From assembly GCA_963835065.1 (NCBI GenBank), contig CAWIEK010000053.1, positions 384,001 to 448,000 of the forward strand: a DNA stretch of 64,000 nt, in the 5' to 3' direction. This document shows, one piece after another, positions 51,927-61,890 of the stretch. The notes below the pieces were generated by a model. That model saw only the letters and a list, made by a program, of their open reading frames with translations, ran no database searches and was not told where the DNA came from. The stretch is from an uncultured Chthonomonadaceae bacterium (GTDB lineage: Bacteria > Armatimonadota > Chthonomonadetes > Chthonomonadales > Chthonomonadaceae). A program made the position numbers and the translations under genes. The number at the start of each line of letters is the position of its first letter. Positions within the stretch are counted from its first letter, which is position 1.

Positions 51927-52217
51927 ATGGCTTTATCCGCTGAGGAAGTGCGCAAGGTCGCGCTTCTGGCCCGCCTGGAATTGACGGACGAGGAGATTGA
52001 TACGCAGGCGACCAACCTCAACAACCTGCTGGCGCAGTTCGAGGCGCTGCAAAACCTGGATGTGACGGGCATTGAGCCGACGTCTCATTCCATCCCGGTT
52101 TTTAACGTTTTGCGCGAGGACGCGATTCGCCCGTCCCTGTCCCGCGAACAAGCGCTGGCAAACGCGCCGGAACAGCGCGAAGGCTGCTTTGTCGTGCCGC
52201 GCATTATAGGGGAGTGA
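51927..52217 (+). CDS. gatC: Asp/Glu-tRNA amidotransferase subunit C
   Basis: EEVRKVALLARLEL...NVLRED...ALANAP...FVVPRI. Confidence 0.95.
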   Translation: MALSAEEVRKVALLARLELTDEEIDTQATNLNNLLAQFEALQNLDVTGIEPTSHSIPVFNVLREDAIRPSLSREQALANAPEQREGCFVVPRIIGE

Positions 52218-52332
52218 TGAGTGATGAATGATGAGTGATGAATGTTCTGTATATGGCTTGCCGTCTTGCACGAAGAACGCTCTACCTGTACAGTTCCTCC
52301 ATTCATCATTCACCACTCATCACTCATCATTA
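52213..52332. repeat. inverted heptamer arrays (GTGATGA)n between gatC and gatA
   Basis: agtgatgagtgatgaatgatgagtgatgaatg ... cattcatcattcaccactcatcactcatcatt. Confidence 0.85.
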
Positions 52333-52350
52333 CGAATTGGGGATTTCTGC

Positions 52351-53808
52351 ATGTCGGAACTTTTTGAATTGACAGTAGGCGAGGCGCAGGAACAGCTTGC
52401 CGCCAAAACAATCTCTTCCCGCGAACTGACCCAATCCGTTTTGGCGCGGATTGGCGCGGTGGAGGAGCGGGTAAAGTCGTACCTGACGGTTCTGCCCGAA
52501 GCCGCATTAGCGCAGGCGGAGCAGGTTGATGCGCGCCGCGTGTCGGGTGAAAGCCTGCCCCCGCTGGCGGGCATTCCCATCGCGCTGAAAGATAATATGT
52601 GTACGACGGGCGTGACCACAACGGCAGGGTCGCGCATTTTGCATAACTTCGTGCCGCCGTATGACGCGACGGTTGTGCAGAAACTGCGGGCGGCGGGAGC
52701 GGTGTTTGTCGGCAAGGCGAATCTGGACGAGTTTGCAATGGGGTCGTCTACGGAAAATTCCGGTTTTCATACCAGCCACAACCCCTGGGATCTGGCGCGG
52801 GTTCCGGGCGGGTCATCGGGCGGGTCGGCGTCTGCCGTTGCCGCCGGGGAAGCGCTGGGGGCGCTCGGCTCGGATACGGGCGGGTCTATCCGGCAGCCGG
52901 CCAGTTTGTGCGGCATCGTCGGCCTGAAACCTACGTATGGCCGCGTCAGCCGTTATGGATTGATTGCGTACGCCAGTTCGCTGGATCAGATCGGGCCGTT
53001 GAGCCGGGACGTTCGGGACTGCGCCCTGCTGTTCGACGCCATTGCCGGGTACGACCCGCTCGACAGCACCAGCACGAACATGCCCGCGCCGGATACGGCA
53101 AGCCATCTGCAAGGCGGAATCAAGGGACTGCGGCTTGGCATTCCTAAAGAGTATTTCGGCGCGGGGGTTGCGCCTGAAGTGGCGAGCGTGGTACAGGCCG
53201 CCATTCAGAAATTAACGGAATTGGGCGCGATAGTGGGCGAGTGTTCCCTGCCGTACACGGATTACTGCCTGGCCGCGTATTACATCCTCGCCCCTGCGGA
53301 GTGCAGCAGCAACCTGGCGCGTTTCGACGGCGTGAAGTACGGCCTGCGCAGCAAAGAACTCGCGGGGCATATCGGCCTGACGGAAAAGACGCGGGACGAG
53401 GGTTTCGGCGCGGAAGTGAAACAGCGCATTATGATCGGCACGTATGCCCTGTCTGCGGGCTATTATGACGCTTACTACAAGCGGGCGCAGCAGGTGCGGA
53501 CACTTATTCGGCAGGACTTTGACCGCGCGTTTGAAACCTTCGACGCGCTGGTAACGCCCACCTCGCCCGTGGTCGCGCCCAAAATCGGCGAAAAGGCGGA
53601 CCCTCTGGCGATGAAACTGCTCGATATCTGCACCCTGCCCGTCAACATGGCCGGCCTGCCCGGACTGTCGCTGCCATGCGGCTTTGTGGAGGGCCTGCCC
53701 GTCGGCCTGCAATTCATCGGCAAAGCCTACGACGAGGCCACGCTGCTCCGCGCCGCCTACACCTACGAACAGGCAACCGACTGGCACAAGCAGCGCCCGG
53801 CGTTGTAA
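52351..53808 (+). CDS. gatA: Asp/Glu-tRNA amidotransferase subunit A
   Basis: [52 protein letters not shown]. Confidence 0.97.
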   Translation: MSELFELTVGEAQEQLAAKTISSRELTQSVLARIGAVEERVKSYLTVLPEAALAQAEQVDARRVSGESLPPLAGIPIALKDNMCTTGVTTTAGSRILHNFVPPYDATVVQKLRAAGAVFVGKANLDEFAMGSSTENSGFHTSHNPWDLARVPGGSSGGSASAVAAGEALGALGSDTGGSIRQPASLCGIVGLKPTYGRVSRYGLIAYASSLDQIGPLSRDVRDCALLFDAIAGYDPLDSTSTNMPAPDTASHLQGGIKGLRLGIPKEYFGAGVAPEVASVVQAAIQKLTELGAIVGECSLPYTDYCLAAYYILAPAECSSNLARFDGVKYGLRSKELAGHIGLTEKTRDEGFGAEVKQRIMIGTYALSAGYYDAYYKRAQQVRTLIRQDFDRAFETFDALVTPTSPVVAPKIGEKADPLAMKLLDICTLPVNMAGLPGLSLPCGFVEGLPVGLQFIGKAYDEATLLRAAYTYEQATDWHKQRPAL

Positions 53809-54023
53809 AGTGTTCACAATGTTTTTTGCTGTTTGCGCCGTAAATAGATGAACAAAATCGGGGTTTCAGCCGACACTCAGAAAATACAACACGTCGCTTC
53901 TGAGAGCAGGCTGTCCTGGGGTTGAAGCTAAGGAATGGTTCGCTGTAATTGCGGGCGGATTTCCTCTTCCCTTGCTTTCTGAAGCGCCGCGAGTCATAGC
54001 GAACGCAACAGGAAGTAACCACG

Positions 54024-54572
54024 ATGAACGCGCAACTGAATACACAAAACGTTTCCAATCGCCTGCCGCTTGTCAATTACCTGGCCGTGCAATTGCAGGA
54101 AATTATCTGCATGGGGCCGGGACATACGATGATGTGGGCGGACAATCACGCGCATCACGCTTTGCAGTCGTTTGCGCGGCCTGAAAACCTGCACGACTGG
54201 CTGCAGGTCAGCGTACAGGGCGGCGCGGAATGTCATTTGATGGTGCAGTTTCCCCTGCCCGAAGCCGTTGGCGAGGCTGCCAAGCGCCAGATGGATCATT
54301 TGTTCGCGCAGTACGGCTGGACGCACGAGCAGGCGGACGGGCGCGAGTGCCTGGTCTATTATGTGGCGCAATCTTCCGACCCGCGCCATTTGCTGGACGA
54401 AGCGGAAACCGCCGCGCAGCAATGCGCTCAGGTCATGGAGCGGTTGTGGAGCGCCCATGACGTAAATGACATCGCCCTGCTTGCGGCGCGCGGTCCGAAA
54501 CTGGCGCAATCGCGCGCCCTTGCCAACCCTGCAAATCAGCCCATGACCCAAATCCTGTCCCGCGCCGCCTGA
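54024..54572 (+). CDS. hypothetical protein
   Basis: 182-aa ORF in operon orientation with plausible RBS. Confidence 0.6.
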   Translation: MNAQLNTQNVSNRLPLVNYLAVQLQEIICMGPGHTMMWADNHAHHALQSFARPENLHDWLQVSVQGGAECHLMVQFPLPEAVGEAAKRQMDHLFAQYGWTHEQADGRECLVYYVAQSSDPRHLLDEAETAAQQCAQVMERLWSAHDVNDIALLAARGPKLAQSRALANPANQPMTQILSRAA

Positions 54573-54717
54573 TACGCGGCAACAATCCGGCGGCAGGTTT
54601 TCCCACAGGGGCGTGATCTTTCTCACGCCCCTGATTGTGTTTTTCCTGTGACCGTAACCTTCCTGCCCCCGCGCAGGAACAAACGTCAGGAACACAGATT
54701 ACGAAAATGAGGTTGCC

Positions 54718-55230
54718 ATGCCTGTTGCCGTTCGCCCCGCCACTGCCAACGACCTGCCCGGCATTTTGGACATTTACAATCACGCCGTCGCGCACACCAC
54801 CGCCACCGCCGATTATGAGCCGCACACGCTGGAAATGCGCGAAGCGTGGTTTGCCGAGCGTACCGGAAAAGGCTTCCCCGTTTTCGTCGCCGTCCAAACC
54901 GAGACGGGGCAGATTGTCGGCTGGAGCGCATACGGTCCCTATCATACGCGCATCGGGTATCGCTTCACCGTAGAAAATTCCGTATATGTTCATGCCGATT
55001 GGCGCGGGCAGGGCATCGGCAAATTGCTTCTTGCCCCGCTCATCGAACACGCCACCCGTCACGGCTTCCATGCCATTCTCGCCAGCATTGACGGCAGCAA
55101 TGAGGCCAGTATGCGCCTCCACGCGGCCTTCGGCTTCACGCAGGCCGCCCGCTTGAAAGAAACCGTGTACAAGTTCGACAAATGGCTGGATGTCGTGTAC
55201 ATGCAATTGTTATTACCCCCGCCTGCGTAA
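54718..55230 (+). CDS. GNAT N-acetyltransferase (phosphinothricin/methionine sulfoximine type)
   Basis: ILDIYNHAV..TTAT, YRFTVENSVYV..DWRGQGIG, NEASMRLH, KFDKWLDV. Confidence 0.9.
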   Translation: MPVAVRPATANDLPGILDIYNHAVAHTTATADYEPHTLEMREAWFAERTGKGFPVFVAVQTETGQIVGWSAYGPYHTRIGYRFTVENSVYVHADWRGQGIGKLLLAPLIEHATRHGFHAILASIDGSNEASMRLHAAFGFTQAARLKETVYKFDKWLDVVYMQLLLPPPA

Positions 55231-55279
55231 GAACAAACAACTGTTTGTACTTGTAAATTTGTCAGTGAGGAGAACAGCA

Positions 55280-55541
55280 ATGGCCGAAACAATTGAACAG
55301 CCGGAACGTTTTCCCGAAGAAACGGAGGAACATCGATCCTCTTCCGCGAATGTGAATGCATGTAGTGGAACCATCCACTTCCACAGAGCTATTTGTCGCG
55401 CAACATCCAAAGCGCGTGGAACTCTCCGAAGAAGAAGTTGTAAGGCGCATGGAAGCGTTTCCGGCACGAAAAGACAAGTTCGTTGCCGCTATTCGAGAGG
55501 GTAAGAATCGAAGCGTATATCCCTTAGAAGCAGGAGTTTGA
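55280..55541 (+). pseudogene. small hypothetical protein, apparent frameshift at ~55355
   Basis: RBS GAGGAG plus MAETIEQ...; continuation in ORF 55356-55541 after a GAATGTGAATGC micro-duplication. Confidence 0.4.
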
Positions 55542-55547
55542 ACTCGT

Positions 55548-57011
55548 ATGACAGCTATTGAAACCAAGACGAAAATTGAGTATGAGCCGGTTGTGGGTAT
55601 GGAGTGCCATGCGGAACTGCTGACGGAAAGCAAAATGTTCTGCGGGTGCGAGAACAAGTTTGGCGGCGAGCCGAACACGCGCTGCTGCCCTGTGTGCATG
55701 GGGATGCCGGGTTCGTTGCCCGTGATGAACAAGAAGGCCGTTGAGCATGTCATGCGTACCGCACTGGCGCTCAATTGCCGCATCAACCCGGTTGCCAAAT
55801 TTGACCGCAAAAACTACTTTTATCCCGACCTGCCCAAAGGCTACCAGATCAGCGAGTATGACTTTCCGATTGGCGTCGAGGGATGGATGGACATTGATGT
55901 GAACGGCGAAACCAAGCGCATCCACATTCGCCGCGTTCATCTGGAAGAAGATACGGGCAAGCTGTTCCACGTCGCGGGCAACGACAGCTATGTGGATTTG
56001 AACCGCTCCGGCGTTCCCTTAATGGAAATCGTCACGGAATTTCCGCCCGACATCCATTCTTCCGAAGAAGCCCGCGCGTATCTGACAAAACTTCGCGCCA
56101 TTCTCACGTATATTGACGTATGTGACGGTAAAATGGAAGAGGGGTCGCTGCGCTGTGAGCCGAACGTGTCCATACGCCCCAAAGGTTCCGGCACGTTCGG
56201 AACCAAGTCCGAGATTAAGAACCTGAACTCGTTCCGAGCGGTGCAGAAGGGCATTGATTTTGAAGTGGCGCGGCAGGCCGAACTACTGGAGCGCGGCGAA
56301 ACCATACGGCAGGAAACGCGGGGCTGGAACGACGCCAAGCAGGAAACGTTTGCGCAGCGCAGCAAGGAAGTGGAGCAGGAATACCGCTATTTCCCCGAAC
56401 CCGACCTGGTTCCCCTGCACATCACGCCCGAATGGATCGCGGAAGTTCGCGCGTCCATGCCCGAACTGCCCGATGCGCGTAAAGCCCGCTTCATGTCCAC
56501 GTTCGAACTTTCTTCTGTAGATGCCGGGTGGCTGACCGATTCGCGCCCCATCGCCGATTACTTCGAGCAGACCGCGCAGATCAGCAGCAACGGCAAGGGC
56601 GCGGCCAACTGGATCATGGGCGATTTGAGCAAACTGCTTAACGCGGCGGGCAAAGACATTACGGCCTGCCCGATTACGCCCGCTAATCTCGCCGCCCTGC
56701 TACAGATGATCGCGGACGGCATTGTCAGCGGCACGATTGCGAAAGAACTGCTGGAAAGAATGTTCGCAACGGGTGAAGAGCCGAACCTCATTGCTGACCG
56801 CGAAGGCTTGAAAACCGTCAAGGACACGGGCGCGCTGCAAGCCATTGTGGACAAAGTGTTTGCCGAAAACGCGGATGTGGTAACGGCCATCAAGGAAAAA
56901 GGCCTGGTCAACAAGCGCGGCTTTCTCGTCGGGCAGGTAATGAAAGCCGGAGGCGGTAAGATTGACCCGAAAGACGTCAACGCGGCGGTGGACGAGAAAC
57001 TGAAAGAGTGA
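55548..57011 (+). CDS. gatB: Asp/Glu-tRNA amidotransferase subunit B
   Basis: [44 protein letters not shown]. Confidence 0.97.
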   Translation: MTAIETKTKIEYEPVVGMECHAELLTESKMFCGCENKFGGEPNTRCCPVCMGMPGSLPVMNKKAVEHVMRTALALNCRINPVAKFDRKNYFYPDLPKGYQISEYDFPIGVEGWMDIDVNGETKRIHIRRVHLEEDTGKLFHVAGNDSYVDLNRSGVPLMEIVTEFPPDIHSSEEARAYLTKLRAILTYIDVCDGKMEEGSLRCEPNVSIRPKGSGTFGTKSEIKNLNSFRAVQKGIDFEVARQAELLERGETIRQETRGWNDAKQETFAQRSKEVEQEYRYFPEPDLVPLHITPEWIAEVRASMPELPDARKARFMSTFELSSVDAGWLTDSRPIADYFEQTAQISSNGKGAANWIMGDLSKLLNAAGKDITACPITPANLAALLQMIADGIVSGTIAKELLERMFATGEEPNLIADREGLKTVKDTGALQAIVDKVFAENADVVTAIKEKGLVNKRGFLVGQVMKAGGGKIDPKDVNAAVDEKLKE

Positions 57012-57094
57012 CTTTTCTTATGCGTCAAACCTTTATCTGAACCATGATTTATATGATTTTGATTATTACCATGATGAACAGGATTTACCGAAAG

Positions 57095-59231
57095 ATGCAG
57101 TTAGAGCAGGCACACGGCAGCCTGAATACGCGAGTGGTTTCCCCGGCAATGCGGAGAGTGGCTACAGGCTTGGCTAATCGGCCAGCGAATAGAATCAAAC
57201 GGGAGAGTTGTACGTCTGCAACAATAGGCGCGCTCCTATTTTCGGTCCTTTGCGCTCCTGTACAAGGGCAGGCCGCGCAGGGTGGGAATGGGACGGCGAA
57301 ATCGCCTGCCCTGCCGAATGCGACGCAGGCTGCGCCTTCCCCTGTCCCGGTTACGCTGGCCTCGCTGGACGCGGAATTACAAACGACGGTGAAAAATGCG
57401 CCCGATGCCGCGAAATGGCCGGGGCAGGATTACGTGACGCTGCTGGATTCGGGGGATGTGACGGCGCAGGCGGATGGAACGCTGATACGACGCTATCGCG
57501 TGATTCGGAAACTGTTTCGGGAAAGCGCCCGCAGTCAGGCCGAAATCAGCCTTTCCTACTCGCCGCTTTCTGAAACGATGACCGTGCTTCATGCCCGCAC
57601 CATACAGGCGGACGGACAGGTTCGGGAAGTGGCGGCGGCGGACGTTCGCGCCAACAACGGCGGCAGCGCGTATCCTTTGTATGAGGACATGCGCTCCATG
57701 AGTTTTTCCCTGCCCGGCATCGAAGACAACTGCGTGATAGATTACGAATGGGAAGTGAAAGACCGACCGCTGCTTCCCGGCCAGTTCTGGCGCGGTTGGC
57801 GCTTCAACGGCACATCTCCGGTTATGCGCAGCCGCTTCGTCGCGCATGTTCCCGCCGACAAGACCGTGCGCTATCAGGTAGTCAAAGCCAACACGATTAC
57901 GGAGGAGGCCGCGTGGAAGCCTGTGATCTCGTTTTCCGCCGATGGCAAAACGCGAACCTACGCCTGGGAACACGCCAACATTGCGCCCCTTGCCGACGAG
58001 CCGGGGATGCCTCCATACTATCTTATCAATACTCGGGCAATAGTCAGCAGTCTGAACTCCTGGCAGGCGGCTGCGGATTGGTACTGGAAGCTGTATCAGC
58101 CGCGCGCCGTTGCCAATGACGCCATTCGCGCCAAAGCAAACGCGCTGATTGCCGGCAAATCTACGGACGAGGCCAAAGCCCGCGCCGTGTACGACTGGGT
58201 TGCCAACCATGTGCGCTATGTGGGATTGGAGTTCGGCGTTTCCGCGTATCAGCCGCATGATGCCGCCGTCACCTTTGATAAACTGTACGGCGATTGCAAA
58301 GACAAGGCTACGCTGCTGATTACGATGCTCGGCGTGGCGGGCATCAAAGTCTGTCATGTCCTTCTCAGCGCCAATGACAGCCGAACCGTTCACGCCTTCC
58401 TGCCCGATCTGAGTTGGTTTGACCACTGTATTGTAGCGGCGGACATTGGCGGCAAAAATGTGTGGCTGGACGCCACTTCCGAGTTCCTGCGCGTATGGCG
58501 ACATTCCGATTGAAGACAGGGGCGCGGACGCGCTGGTAATTCGTGACGGCATCGGCAAATTTGAATTAATTCCGCCCTACCGTCCCGAACAAAACGGCCT
58601 ACAGGTGGAAGGCGAAGTTCACCACGACAAGGCAGGCAAGCGCATTGCGAACCTGCAAATTACCGCGATTGGGAGCGCGGCGCAGGGCTGGCGCGCTTCG
58701 TTTCGCGCCATGACGCCACAGCAACGCCATGATTTCGCGGCGGGCATTTTTCATGCGGATGACAACGATATGAAGGTCACGCAGTCTGTTTTCCCCGATG
58801 AAAAGGAGAAGTCCGACCCGTTTCTGATAAAATGTGGGCTTGCCTCTAGTGAAGCTGAAGCGGACAACAATGCTGCGATCACGTATGAAACGGGCATTGC
58901 GTTCCACCTGGGCGACCCACTGCCGCTCACGCTGGAAACCCGAACGCAGCCCCTTGTGATGCTGGCGCAGCAGCATCGCGTTCACGTCGTTTTTGATATA
59001 CCGAAAGGATACATTGCCGCATCCCTGCCGCCCGATGTGTCGCTGTCCGGGCCGCTGCATCATTACGAAAAGAAAACGGTTGTTTCCAAAGATAATAAAA
59101 CAGTCACGCTTTCCATCACGGACACCACTGAAGCGGGACAGGTGATGCCGGACAAGTACGCCGCGTTGAAAACCTACGTCAAAAAGGTTGCGGATGTGCT
59201 GAAACAAGACATTGTTCTGATCAGGCATTAG
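57095..59231 (+). pseudogene. DUF3857 + transglutaminase-like exported protein, frameshift at ~58487
   Basis: VRYVGLEFG, YGDCKDKATLL, FDHCI, WLDAT; continues YGDIP in ORF 58446-59231. Confidence 0.8.
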
Positions 59232-59321
59232 ACAGGTTTGACTGTTGGGCATAAAGCGCCCAATAGTAAATGACAGGTTCCTACCCTTGCGTTCAAAATT
59301 ACCTTTACTCTCAACAGTGTT

Positions 59322-60536
59322 TTGCCGCAAACTGCGTTTTCTGTTATACGCAAGCGCTTTGCTGGCTTTTTCGGCCGCTTGCCTGTCGTACGCGCCGACC
59401 GCGTGGATGACCTGATAAAGCAGCTTGGCTCGCCGCACGTTTCCCTGCGTTCGGATGCGGCGGAAGCGCTGGTGCATGAAAAGAACAAACGCGCTATTCC
59501 TGCCCTGATTACGGCCTCCGGGGATGGGGTGGAGTCGGTGCGGGGGCAGGCCGTGCGCGCGCTGGCTTCTACGGTTGGGAAAAGCGATACGGCTTTGCTG
59601 CTGAGCGCTTTGAGCGACCGGGGCAATGCGTACCGGCGAACGGGCGCGGCGATCTTGTTGGGCATTGTAGGCGATAAAAGCGCGGCGAATGGCCTTGCGA
59701 TTGCCGTGAAAGACCCGGATGCGGGAGTACGGGGGGCGGCGACAGAAGCGTTGGGCAGTTTGGGGGATGCGCGGGCCGGGGATGCGCTGCGCCCGCTCTT
59801 GTCAGACCCGAACCCGCGCGTCCGCTTGAAAGCCGCAAGCGCGTTGGGGCGAATACGCGATAAAGCCAGCGTAACCCCGCTTCTTGCCCTGCTGCGCGAC
59901 CCGCGCCGGGATGTGCAGAGCGCGGCTGCGGTTGCGCTTGCGGGCATTGGCGACAAATCCGCCGTGCCCACCTTGCTCCAAATTGCAAAAAGCAGCGAGG
60001 CGCAGCCGTTCGGATTGCGCTTTTACGCCGCTTATACGTTGGGATCGCTTGGAGATCGAAGCGCCACGCCCCTGCTGATTGCCGGATTGCAGGATCGGGA
60101 CAAATACCTGCGCAGCCAGGCGGCTGGCGCGCTCGGCCTGCTGCGCGACCCGCGCGCTGTGGAGCCGCTCACCCGTACCTTGCGTCAGGATGCGTTTGTC
60201 TTGGCGCGCTGGACGGCGGCGCAGGCGTTGGGCAATATCCGCGATAAACGCGCTGTCGGCCCATTATGCAAAGGTTTGAAAGACGCCAATGAGGACGTGC
60301 GCGAACAAAGCGCGAAAGCGTTGGGCAAAATCGGCGACAAGTCCGCCGTGCCTGCCTTAATAGGGGTTTTTAGCGACAGCGACGAAGCCATTCCGAAAGC
60401 CGCCGTGCTTGCCATCGGGCGCATTGGCGACCCCGCCGCGCTGCCACAAGTTCGGACGCTGCTCACTCACAAAGACCCGACGGTTCGGCAGGCCGCCTCG
60501 GATGTCGTTGCCATGCTGTCGCCGAGTAAGAAGTAA
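59322..60536 (+). CDS. HEAT/PBS-lyase repeat protein (start uncertain)
   Basis: Many L.D....VR..AA.ALG.IGD..AV..L repeats. Confidence 0.85.
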   Translation: MPQTAFSVIRKRFAGFFGRLPVVRADRVDDLIKQLGSPHVSLRSDAAEALVHEKNKRAIPALITASGDGVESVRGQAVRALASTVGKSDTALLLSALSDRGNAYRRTGAAILLGIVGDKSAANGLAIAVKDPDAGVRGAATEALGSLGDARAGDALRPLLSDPNPRVRLKAASALGRIRDKASVTPLLALLRDPRRDVQSAAAVALAGIGDKSAVPTLLQIAKSSEAQPFGLRFYAAYTLGSLGDRSATPLLIAGLQDRDKYLRSQAAGALGLLRDPRAVEPLTRTLRQDAFVLARWTAAQALGNIRDKRAVGPLCKGLKDANEDVREQSAKALGKIGDKSAVPALIGVFSDSDEAIPKAAVLAIGRIGDPAALPQVRTLLTHKDPTVRQAASDVVAMLSPSKK

Positions 60537-60680
60537 TCGGTATTCAGGTGTTCAGGTGTTGGCAGGAAATTGGTCATCTGAATGAACTACGGGCTGGTGT
60601 TGGTTCCTGAAAATGGAACGGTTTTAGGACAGTGCCTGAACACCTGAACACCGAAATCGTTTATTTTGGATCTATTCATT

Positions 60681-61487
60681 ATGCCATTTTGTTTTCACAT
60701 ATCTCGGATTTGCAGCGCTGCCTTATTTTGTATTGTGGGCATGGGCGCGTTGTTTGCGTCACCCATTGAAGCGCAGACGCCGGTTCCACAGGATAAGCCT
60801 GTGCCGCCGTCCGCTTCGCATCCTGAAATCGGCAAACCGCAAACCATGAAAACGCCTGCTGCCCTGAAGTCACCGGCAACGAAAGCGCCTGCCCTGTATC
60901 CGACAAGCGCGGAAGAAACGGCGGATGCTATTCTGGCCGACAGCCTGGAGCGCCTTTCCGAGAAAACGGATGCCCATTTTCATGAAGGCGAGTACAACCA
61001 CGCGATTAACCTGAACCGCATTATCATGCAAGGCGATCCGCACAATGTGGAAGCGTTCGGCAATGTGGCGTATCTACTGTGGAGTACGAGCCGCAGCGAT
61101 CAGGCGGTTGAGGTTCTGAAACAGGGAATCGAAGCCAATCCCGACACGTATTATATGTATGATGAAATGGGCAATCACTACTGGCTCCACTTGAAGGACC
61201 CGACTGCCGCCCTTCCCTACTATGAAAAAGCCGTGACGTTCAAATGTCCCTGGGCGACGTGGCACAGCCTGGCGCTGTGCTACGAAAAAACAAGTCAGTG
61301 GGACAAGGCGGTTTCCGCATGGGAAAACGCGGCGCGTTTCCCGGATGACAAAGTGGCTCCCGGTCGGCTGGAACGCGCCCGGCAGGAACGCGACAAACAC
61401 AAAGCCGATACTGACAAAAGCAATAGCGACAAAACCAGCAGCGACAAAAGCAACAGTGGTAAAACCGACAACAAACAAGAACGATAA
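60681..61487 (+). CDS. exported TPR protein
   Basis: Signal peptide, TPR-like helices, C-terminal DKS(N/S)S repeats. Confidence 0.75.
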   Translation: MPFCFHISRICSAALFCIVGMGALFASPIEAQTPVPQDKPVPPSASHPEIGKPQTMKTPAALKSPATKAPALYPTSAEETADAILADSLERLSEKTDAHFHEGEYNHAINLNRIIMQGDPHNVEAFGNVAYLLWSTSRSDQAVEVLKQGIEANPDTYYMYDEMGNHYWLHLKDPTAALPYYEKAVTFKCPWATWHSLALCYEKTSQWDKAVSAWENAARFPDDKVAPGRLERARQERDKHKADTDKSNSDKTSSDKSNSGKTDNKQER

Positions 61488-61528
61488 CGACACAAGCCGC
61501 CGCGTCAATTGTAAAGGATAATTCCGCC

Positions 61529-61807
61529 ATGTTCTTTGCCTCCGCCACATTCGGGAGTATTCTCGCTTCCCTGCTGGATTTATTGACGACCTTGATTGTC
61601 GTGGAATGGGCGGTCACGTGGCTGGTGCTGTTTCGCGTATTGTCGGAGTCTTCACCCTTTGTAACAGCCGTCAAGAAACTGACCGACCCAATTCTTGATC
61701 CGATTCGCCGCGTAATTCCGCCCCGCGCATTCGGCGGCATTGACATTTCGCCCGCTATCGCCATTGTGGTTATTCAGATGGTCGCAAGCCTGCTGCGTTC
61801 GCTGTAA
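61529..61807 (+). CDS. yggT: YggT family membrane protein
   Basis: KLTDPILDPIRRVIP...GIDISPAIA. Confidence 0.88.
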   Translation: MFFASATFGSILASLLDLLTTLIVVEWAVTWLVLFRVLSESSPFVTAVKKLTDPILDPIRRVIPPRAFGGIDISPAIAIVVIQMVASLLRSL

Positions 61808-61890
61808 AGAACCTTGCCAAAGCAGGCGAATACAAAAGACTACGCAGCAAAGAAGCATTATCGAAGCGCCGTCACCTAAAGAAACTGCTC

